From Promethearchaeia archaeon (lineage in GTDB: Archaea; Asgardarchaeota; Lokiarchaeia; Sigyniarchaeales; SOKP01): 32,000 bases of DNA. The stretch lies in NCBI GenBank assembly GCA_046497275.1, contig JAWOFX010000142.1, forward strand, positions 1 to 32,000. Reading direction: 5' to 3'. A program made the translations under genes and the position numbers. Shown piece by piece: positions 24,802 through 32,000 of the stretch. Numbering within the stretch: the first letter of the stretch is position 1; every line of letters begins with the position of its first letter. Under the pieces are notes generated by a model, which was not told the origin of the DNA, ran no database searches, and saw only the letters and a list, made by a program, of their open reading frames with translations.

Positions 24802-26061
24802 ATGGCATCACAAGATTATCCTAAAAATTTTTCAGTGGGAGATTTAGACTTAGAATGTGAAATATGTCATTCTTCAGAAATTAAAGAGACAGAGCAAGGT
24901 TATGTATGTGCTGATTGTGGGCTTGTATTAGAAATTCAGAAAATGGAATATCATCATCCATACAAAGAGGAGCGAATACAGCACGCAGTATTAGACAGAA
25001 CTCAAATTGGTAATACGCGTGAACGGTATCAAAATCAATTCTCGCGAAAATTTCATAAACTCAATAAAATAAATCATACTTCATCACGGGAAGATCCCAT
25101 ATATATGAGAGCAAAAGTAGAGATTTCCAGACTCATTAATGGACTTGAAATGTCGTCTAATATCAAGCGAAGTATACTAGAAAAGTATAAAAATGCACGG
25201 GATGAACTTGCTTCGGGTACAAAATTTCGCAATCCCGATAAATTAGTCCCTGGAGTGATGTACTATCATACAAAGATGAATGGCCAGCCGCTTGATGAGT
25301 CACAACTTCTGGATGTTTCAAAATTAGATAAAAAAGATTTTAATCGTCTTAAATTGAAGATTGGTGAATTTATGCCGGAATATTATTCACGTGATCGAAA
25401 AGAATACATTTCTAATCGCATAATGCAAATTCGTGAAGAATTTGAACTTGATATGGGCTTTTATCATAAAGCACAAGCGATACTTGAAAAATTATGGGAG
25501 GAAATTAAATGTACGAAAGATGACGTCGTGGCGGGGTTAGTAGGTTCAATAGTTGCATTATGCCACTATCAAGATGAAGTGAATGTAAATTCTATTTGTA
25601 AAGCCCTTCACATTCAAATGAGCACTATACAGTCTCAAGTAAAACGCAGAATCATTGATCAATTTCATGTACCAGGATTTCAGAGCTTAGTACGCTCTGC
25701 TGATCTATTAAAAAAAATCATGGTGAAATTAGGATTTTTCACAAAAAAAGATGCTGGAGTCTCAAAATTCTCAAAAAAAGATGAAGAAAAGAAAAATGGG
25801 CAAAACGAAGATGAAAAATATTTGGATTCAGAGATAGTATATATCGAATTACCGAAAGTGATGCCAGATACTCATTCTAGTCAACCTTTTGATCATTCCA
25901 TATTCGCTGTACGAGATGAAAATTCGTGTGATCCTACTATCCTCACGATTTCGCTCTTATATAGCCTAAAACAAAAACCGCAAAAAGCACAAAAACAAAA
26001 GATTAAATTCGAAATATCTCGCTACCACTATCCAAAAGGTCCCCCGATTTTGTATTGTTAA
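24802..26061 (+). CDS. tfb: Atypical transcription factor B (TFB/TFIIB) paralogue
   Basis: Zn ribbon CEICHS...YVCADCGLVL, two cyclin-like repeats, no recognisable B-reader (EWRAF), about 100-aa C-terminal extension. Confidence 0.82.
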   Translation: MASQDYPKNFSVGDLDLECEICHSSEIKETEQGYVCADCGLVLEIQKMEYHHPYKEERIQHAVLDRTQIGNTRERYQNQFSRKFHKLNKINHTSSREDPIYMRAKVEISRLINGLEMSSNIKRSILEKYKNARDELASGTKFRNPDKLVPGVMYYHTKMNGQPLDESQLLDVSKLDKKDFNRLKLKIGEFMPEYYSRDRKEYISNRIMQIREEFELDMGFYHKAQAILEKLWEEIKCTKDDVVAGLVGSIVALCHYQDEVNVNSICKALHIQMSTIQSQVKRRIIDQFHVPGFQSLVRSADLLKKIMVKLGFFTKKDAGVSKFSKKDEEKKNGQNEDEKYLDSEIVYIELPKVMPDTHSSQPFDHSIFAVRDENSCDPTILTISLLYSLKQKPQKAQKQKIKFEISRYHYPKGPPILYC

Positions 26062-26158
26062 GTTTTATGAAGTTCAGGAAAACTTAAATAATCCTGATCT
26101 AGTGTTTCAAGGTTTTTTTAATTTTTGTTTCTATACGAGATTTTTAATTGATTATCTG

Positions 26159-26173
26159 TTTTTTCTTTAAATA
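26159..26173 (+). promoter_or_regulatory. T-rich/TATA element TTTTTTCTTTAAATA (exact)
   Basis: 50 nt upstream of ATG 26224. Confidence 0.65.
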
Positions 26174-26223
26174 CTCTGAGGAGAAGGGAATCACAATAAA
26201 ATAATTATACAAGTATAATTTTT

Positions 26224-29200
26224 ATGACAAAACCAAAATTTTCTAGAAAACCGCTATTAATAATAACAGTTTTAGTATGTTGCTTTTTAATATCTTCTTT
26301 AAACTTCAAACCAAAAAGAGAACAGATAAATGGAGAATTCAGAGAAAATATTCACCCTTCTGGAGATATGAACAATTATGATTTTATTTCTACAGTGATG
26401 GATGACTTAACCAATATATATGGAGAATATGGATATTTTCCTACATATTATGAACCTTCTATTCAAAGCACATATTTTGCACTTCAAAGTTATTTATCAT
26501 TAGGCAGAATAAGTGATCTCAATGAAACAGAGATTATATCCTTTCTAATAGATCATTATGATACAGAGCAAGGATATTTTATTGATGACTATGCGATTCG
26601 GTATTTGGATACTGATTTTGAGGCATTTTATCTTCCTTTAAACACTTTACTGGAAGTAAACTGCTATGCGCTTCTCTCTTTAAAAATCCTTAACCGATTA
26701 GATTTGATCAACAATCAAAGTTTTATTGATTTTATTTGGAGTTGTTTTAATTCTGATGAAGGCGCATTTATAGGACAACCATATGATGTAGATCTTCATC
26801 CTAAATTCAAAATTCCTACATTAGATAATACCTATTATGCAGTGAAAATACTTGATCTCCTACTCGATACTTGGGATGAATATTATCCTCAAAGATCTCA
26901 ATTAATTACGTTTATTGAAGATTGCCAAACATTTATCACAAAAGAAGCGCAATATGGAGGATTTAAGAATGATCTGGTAAGCGGGTTTAGTTCATTGAGA
27001 ATAACAGATCCAAATATGCTCTCCTCGTTTTATGCATTGGAGACTCTTAATACTTTCAATGCGTTGGAAGCCATTAATATTGACGCTTTCAATCAATTCT
27101 TGAAAGATCTATACAATATAGAAAATTTCTTTTTTGAATTATCATGGTTTCCTGACCTTCCTACTCATGGCAGACCATTTGCAACCAGTATTGGATTATC
27201 TCTCTCATTGCTCACTGGTTATAACGAAATCAATGAAATGGGAATAGTTAATTATCTAAAAAGTATTCGCAACAATATTGGAGTATGGAAGAGCTCAATA
27301 AATGATCTCCAATTTGAATTGATTGATACATTCCAAGTACTTCGCTCTCTATATGACTCGAGGCATATTAATGATTTCACAAATGGCGAGAAGGATGCGA
27401 TTGCAGATGGACTTGAACATTTTAAGAGTTACCAGAGTTATTGCAATACACCCACCGATTATATGAGTATATCTGCTCTTTCATCCATAGCAAAATCATT
27501 CAAAATTTTTAATAGAGAAACAGATTTAGAGATCCAAGAATTATTTGTGTATTTGCGTGATGCATATATTAGTGATCCTGAAAATGAACCGCGAAGTTTT
27601 TATGGATATACAAATATGGATGCTAAATATTTATTTTTCAGAATCTATCCTATTGAATATTACAATTTGGGAACTTATTCTTCTCTGGAATATATAGATT
27701 ACTTATTTAATCATAAATTCGTTTATCAGGCCCTTACAGCTTTAAAAGATTTATACAAACTAGATGATTTTGACACTTTCTATGCTCTTAATGAATTGCT
27801 TGATCAAACAGTTTTAGCACAAATTATTAATCCCAATTCAGATAAATTTGGAGCATTTCTTCCTAATTCTCTTTTACTTAATTTTGATCAAGATCTTCAA
27901 GACAAAACGGTATTTTTAGAGCAATCATTTTATGCGATTCGTACTATGGAATTACTTAGAGATTATTTGGAATTAGGATCCTTAGAGGAATTATTATTGG
28001 ATTCTGAGGCTTTAAAAGTATATATATTTAATACTTTTGAGGCACCGGGATCTTATTGCTATTCCATGCCCCGTGCGACCAGTGACGTGAATATCATTCT
28101 TAAAAACACTTATTATGCTAGTTATATAATGAAATCTCTTGACTCATTTACACAAGATACGCAAAAAATCAAGAATTATATTATGGATCATCTTGACTAC
28201 AATGATATTGAAAACATTTATTATTCTTATCTCCTCGATCAATTGTTAGAGTTAGATATAGAATTTCCTATTGAATCAGTCCAGGCTTTAATCCAGGAAC
28301 TTTATTGCGAGGATTTGAATTGTTTTTATCTAACTACAGAAAAAAATAAGATTAATCAACAGATACTATATTGGATCTGTGATATGGCTAAAAATGATAA
28401 ATACCGTTATAACATTAATTTCGATGATGTTATTCTCTTGGATTCATATTCTATGATCACTGTAGAAATACAAAATCTTATCTTAAATAGCATTGGTCAA
28501 TATGGTTCTCTCAAGTTCGAAAGTGACCAATTGGGGGAATATGCCTTTACTGAATTTGGTGAAGGAGTGTTCCGATGTAATGTTTTTGTGCCATTTGATG
28601 TTTCTAATTATCCTACAATTGAAGGAAATATCTCGCGCTATGAATTTTCTACGAAACAAGAGGTGATTCCTATTAGTTTTAACACAACTTATGAACTCTT
28701 CTCAGAGATTAACTTCTTAGAAAATGCTAATACAATCAATATTGAAATTAACTGTTCATTGAATATCGCCTCAGGAAGTAGAAATTTACCAGATGGAGAA
28801 TCATTTATGCATATTTATCATGAAGGAGAATATATTGCCACAGATAGTCTCTCGTATCAACAAAACGGTGATTATACAAAGTATTTTTTAGAGTATGAAT
28901 ATACTCAGTTCGGAAACTATTCTTTTGAATTATACGTGAATGATGGCCTTAACGAAAGCGATCATTTCATTGGAAAAATTATGACACAACATAGCTACCA
29001 ACTGATCTCTGAAGTGTCAATTTCCCGCATTAACACTACCATTAATTTTATTATCAACGCGTCTATGATGGTGGAAGGGAGTGAAATCCAACCATTCTCA
29101 TACGGTTCAGCATTTTTAAAAATATATAGAGAAGGTACTTATATTCAACAAAAAAATTTTATTGGAGAAGACCGCGACACTTATACTCATTTTGAGACTA

Positions 29201-29466
29201 CATATATGATGATCCAAACAGGAAATTATTCATTTGAACTTTATCTTGATGATGGATTGAATCCAAGCCAGAATCTGATCTACGAATATTTTACCTCCTA
29301 TGGAAATGAACCACAAGATCCAACCGATCCACAACCCAATGGAACAAATGAACCTCAAATTCCACTAATTCTTTTCTATCCTATCATACTCCTCCCCTTA
29401 TTTGGATCCTCTGGAGCAATTGCATTTACATTTCTGAAGAAAAAGCAACTGAAAACTCTAAAATAA
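26224..29466 (+). CDS. Large cell-surface protein: prenyltransferase/squalene-cyclase-like repeats, two Ig-like repeats, Pro-rich linker, C-terminal TM
   Basis: Signal peptide. Repeats such as GAFIGQP..PTLDNTYYAVKIL, GGFKND..SSFYALETL and GAFLP..LEQSFYAIRTM. GNYSFELY.(N/D)DGLN occurs twice. EPQDPTDPQPNGTNEPQ linker, then TM and KKK. Confidence 0.75.
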   Translation: MTKPKFSRKPLLIITVLVCCFLISSLNFKPKREQINGEFRENIHPSGDMNNYDFISTVMDDLTNIYGEYGYFPTYYEPSIQSTYFALQSYLSLGRISDLNETEIISFLIDHYDTEQGYFIDDYAIRYLDTDFEAFYLPLNTLLEVNCYALLSLKILNRLDLINNQSFIDFIWSCFNSDEGAFIGQPYDVDLHPKFKIPTLDNTYYAVKILDLLLDTWDEYYPQRSQLITFIEDCQTFITKEAQYGGFKNDLVSGFSSLRITDPNMLSSFYALETLNTFNALEAINIDAFNQFLKDLYNIENFFFELSWFPDLPTHGRPFATSIGLSLSLLTGYNEINEMGIVNYLKSIRNNIGVWKSSINDLQFELIDTFQVLRSLYDSRHINDFTNGEKDAIADGLEHFKSYQSYCNTPTDYMSISALSSIAKSFKIFNRETDLEIQELFVYLRDAYISDPENEPRSFYGYTNMDAKYLFFRIYPIEYYNLGTYSSLEYIDYLFNHKFVYQALTALKDLYKLDDFDTFYALNELLDQTVLAQIINPNSDKFGAFLPNSLLLNFDQDLQDKTVFLEQSFYAIRTMELLRDYLELGSLEELLLDSEALKVYIFNTFEAPGSYCYSMPRATSDVNIILKNTYYASYIMKSLDSFTQDTQKIKNYIMDHLDYNDIENIYYSYLLDQLLELDIEFPIESVQALIQELYCEDLNCFYLTTEKNKINQQILYWICDMAKNDKYRYNINFDDVILLDSYSMITVEIQNLILNSIGQYGSLKFESDQLGEYAFTEFGEGVFRCNVFVPFDVSNYPTIEGNISRYEFSTKQEVIPISFNTTYELFSEINFLENANTINIEINCSLNIASGSRNLPDGESFMHIYHEGEYIATDSLSYQQNGDYTKYFLEYEYTQFGNYSFELYVNDGLNESDHFIGKIMTQHSYQLISEVSISRINTTINFIINASMMVEGSEIQPFSYGSAFLKIYREGTYIQQKNFIGEDRDTYTHFETTYMMIQTGNYSFELYLDDGLNPSQNLIYEYFTSYGNEPQDPTDPQPNGTNEPQIPLILFYPIILLPLFGSSGAIAFTFLKKKQLKTLK

Positions 29467-29504
29467 ATTTTTTTCACCTTTTCTTTTTCTGATTTTTTCT
29501 TTTT

Positions 29505-30194
29505 ATGCAACTTCATTCTAATCTAATAGAGAATATTATGAATTATTCTGACTTTTTAGATAAGGATGAAAAAGAGTACTCCAAAGATCTGAATACAAGA
29601 TCTACCACCCAAAAATCAACGATATATGAGACCATCCACACTATTCTCAAAATTCTTAACATTTTTCATGGTAATTATGACAAGAAGCTTAACCTCGAAA
29701 AATTATTTAATAAGATTAGTATTCCTGTCCAAGAGAGAGAAGATTATCTCAGACTTATTCTGGAATTTCAAGCCCTCTTTCATACTACTTTCTACACTCA
29801 TTCGCTTGAAGTAAAAGAAATCAATTCAACTATGTATCTTGTCTGTAGACATTTTAAAAATGCCTTACAAAATAATCCAAAAAAAAGTCAGGACCCTAAA
29901 CAAATCACAATCTCATCTCGCGATCTCTCTTTATTAAATGATATTGTCTATATGTTTACTAATATTAAGCGTGGGAGGGGGTTTGATCTCAAAGAAGACT
30001 CTTCAGAAATCGTAAAAGGAATAAAAAGATTACGAAAAAATCACCCTTACATTTTTTTTTCGAATGGTCATGGATATATATATCCTACAGAGTTTGGTGT
30101 CAAATTAGGGCAAAAAACTAATACTTATTTAAAATGTAATCGCCCTATTGACACATTTATTATCGAGGATTGTACAATTACAATTGAGGAATAA
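29505..30194 (+). CDS. Hypothetical protein, possible winged-helix (start may be ATG 29538)
   Basis: 229-aa ORF. GYIYPTEFGVKLG resembles a wHTH wing end. Confidence 0.6.
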   Translation: MQLHSNLIENIMNYSDFLDKDEKEYSKDLNTRSTTQKSTIYETIHTILKILNIFHGNYDKKLNLEKLFNKISIPVQEREDYLRLILEFQALFHTTFYTHSLEVKEINSTMYLVCRHFKNALQNNPKKSQDPKQITISSRDLSLLNDIVYMFTNIKRGRGFDLKEDSSEIVKGIKRLRKNHPYIFFSNGHGYIYPTEFGVKLGQKTNTYLKCNRPIDTFIIEDCTITIEE

Positions 30195-30213
30195 GGATGA
30201 GCGAATGTATTGA

Positions 30214-30228
30214 TTTTTTCTTTTAATA
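30214..30228 (+). promoter_or_regulatory. T-rich/TATA element, variant TTTTTTCTTTTAATA
   Basis: 45 nt upstream of hef ATG 30274. It could also be the terminator of the upstream gene. Confidence 0.5.
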
Positions 30229-30273
30229 TATATGTTTTATAGTTTCACTACTCTTAATAGGATATGATTGTTA

Positions 30274-32000
30274 ATGAGTCATTCCCAAGAAAATATGTTG
30301 CCATTGCAAATAAAAAGTACTTATCTTCACGAGGATAAGATAGAACCTCGGAAGTATCAAGTCGATATTGCCTTACAATGCATAGCAAAAAACTCGCTGG
30401 TGGTCATTCCTACAGGGCTTGGAAAAACAATCATCGCCATCTTAGTTGCTGCTAAAACTTTAGAGATATCTCCACCAAGTAGTAAAGTAATTATAATGGC
30501 TCCCACTCGACCATTAATTAACCAACATTACGAAACATTCCTTCAATTTTTTACAATACCAGAAGATCAATATGCTATTTTGACGGGAAAAATTTCTCCT
30601 GACGATCGTCCTAAAGAGTTTCGATCCCATAAAATGCTATTTTTTACTCCGCAAACGTTACGGAATGATTTAGTGTCTGGCAATTATTTGTTAGATAATA
30701 CAAGTTTACTAATCTTTGATGAGGCACATCACGCTTCTGGGGATTATCCCTATACGATGATTGCAGATCTGTATGAAACGCAAAACCCAGATGGGACCAT
30801 CTTAGGATTAACTGCCTCTCCGGGATCTTCTCAACAAGCGATAAATGATCTCTGTCTAAATCTCCATATTCCTTCCAACAATATCCATATTCGTAAACGC
30901 AAAGATGTCGATGTCAAAGGATACATAAAACCGATGGATATTTATAAGATCGGAGTAAATTTGACCTCACTTATGGAAGATGTAAGAAAAGTATTATATA
31001 TGATCTTAGAAGAGCGACTTCGGTATCTTTCCCAATTAGGATTTTTAAAGGTCCACACAGACAAATTATATGAAAAAATCATTCGAAAAGATCTTCTAGA
31101 ATTGAATCGAAAGTTACTGGCAATCATTCAAGGGGATGGAGAAAAGACGGGAGCCTATAAATCCTTATCTATCAACGCTCAAGGACTCATTTTGTATCAT
31201 ATGTTGGAATTAGTGGAACAGCAAGGCTTAGATGTATTGCTCAAGTATTTGGAAAAACTCCAGAAAGATGCTCATAAGAAAAATAGTTCTAAAGCAAATC
31301 GAATTTTAGCAACAGATCCCCGAATTCGAAGAATTGATTTAGAACTGCGAAAACACTATGAATTTGAGCCTAACAGCTTATTGCATCCGAAACTGAAAGT
31401 ATTGAAAAGTGTGCTTTCTGATGAATTTAGTAAAAACCCAGAATCAAAAATATTAGTATTTGTAAAGCTTCGAGCTTCCGTAAAAAATATCGTAAAAAAA
31501 TTAGAATCTTCTCAAACTATACGACCTGTACGATTTGTAGGACAAGCAACAAAATCTGACGATGATAAGGGACTTTCCCAAAAAAAGCAAATCGAGATTT
31601 TGGATAAATTCAAGCAAGGAATCTTTAATGTATTAGTGAGTACCAATGTGGGAGAGGAAGGCTTGGATATTGCCGAATGCGATTTAGTGATCTTTTATGA
31701 TGTGGTCGCCTCTGAAATTCGTCTTATTCAAAGAAAGGGACGAACAGCGCGTCATCGTGAAGGAAGAGTGATCATTCTCTACTGTCGCAATACGAATGAT
31801 GAAGTCTATTTACAGATTGCGATGAATAAGTTAAAACGTATGCAGAGAAATCTGCAAAATCCGCAAACGAAGAAAAAGAGTGAATTTTCTCGTTTTACCG
31901 TTAAAAAAGGATCTGAATTAGAAAAGGAAGTGAAAGGAAGAACCCAAAAGAAGCAATTTAATTTGGTTGATTTTGTCAATACACAAGAACAAGAAAATCA
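30274..32000 (+). CDS. hef: Hef/FANCM-type SF2 helicase, 3'-truncated by the window (absent from ORF track)
   Basis: Frame 1 is open to the end: EPRKYQ (Q motif), VIPTGLGKT, APTRPL, FDEAHHASG, LTASPG, HPKL, STNVGEEGLDI, IQRKGRTAR. Confidence 0.92.
   Translation, partial: MSHSQENMLPLQIKSTYLHEDKIEPRKYQVDIALQCIAKNSLVVIPTGLGKTIIAILVAAKTLEISPPSSKVIIMAPTRPLINQHYETFLQFFTIPEDQYAILTGKISPDDRPKEFRSHKMLFFTPQTLRNDLVSGNYLLDNTSLLIFDEAHHASGDYPYTMIADLYETQNPDGTILGLTASPGSSQQAINDLCLNLHIPSNNIHIRKRKDVDVKGYIKPMDIYKIGVNLTSLMEDVRKVLYMILEERLRYLSQLGFLKVHTDKLYEKIIRKDLLELNRKLLAIIQGDGEKTGAYKSLSINAQGLILYHMLELVEQQGLDVLLKYLEKLQKDAHKKNSSKANRILATDPRIRRIDLELRKHYEFEPNSLLHPKLKVLKSVLSDEFSKNPESKILVFVKLRASVKNIVKKLESSQTIRPVRFVGQATKSDDDKGLSQKKQIEILDKFKQGIFNVLVSTNVGEEGLDIAECDLVIFYDVVASEIRLIQRKGRTARHREGRVIILYCRNTNDEVYLQIAMNKLKRMQRNLQNPQTKKKSEFSRFTVKKGSELEKEVKGRTQKKQFNLVDFVNTQEQEN

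Noticed and set aside
29493-29507. TTTTTTCTTTTTATG as another motif copy
   Set aside because: It lies in the T-tract right after the 26224 gene stop and includes the annotated ATG, so it cannot be separated from a terminator.
17460-31127. ORFs 17460-17645, 20753-21097, 21605-21859, 29626-29814 and 30942-31127
   Set aside because: They are antisense or alternate-frame shadows of fen, radA, the 29505 gene and hef.
12165-32000. Provirus, integrated plasmid or CRISPR array
   Set aside because: No integrase, att repeat, capsid, terminase, primase, transposase or regularly spaced repeats were seen in the window. An element extending past the right edge cannot be excluded.

Overview
The window is AT-rich archaeal DNA, most likely from an Asgard archaeon (Lokiarchaeia/Promethearchaeia). 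This is inferred from the standalone eS30, the MglA/MglB pair, the TFB paralogue and the archaeal-type RadA, FEN1 and Hef. It has two parts. (1) About 0.6-10.7 kb is an arginine/proline catabolic cluster: ornithine aminotransferase, carbamate kinase, a Giardia-type OTC, a proline-dehydrogenase-like FAD/Fe-S pair, an AOR-family enzyme and an arginine synthetase (ArcE) homologue. rps30e and two Zn-ribbon genes follow. (2) About 12.1-32 kb has different Arg codon usage. It holds divergent copies of DNA recombination/repair genes (RPA, FEN1, RadA, RadB-like, a standalone topoisomerase Zn-ribbon, Hef/FANCM) mixed with MglBA, small pilin-like membrane proteins, surface proteins, an M50-like protease and an atypical TFB. 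Almost every transcription unit in part 2 is preceded by the same 15-mer, TTTTTTCTTTAWATA, which is a TATA box with a pyrimidine-rich block where the purine-rich BRE normally lies. There are 6 exact, 5 one-mismatch and 3 spacing-variant copies, and I found none upstream of part-1 genes. The TFB paralogue in the block has replaced the residues that normally read the BRE. The main hypothesis is an alternative-TFB ('sigma-like') regulon coupling DNA recombination/repair to cell-surface or contact functions. All assignments come from motif reading and recalled family knowledge; no searches were run.
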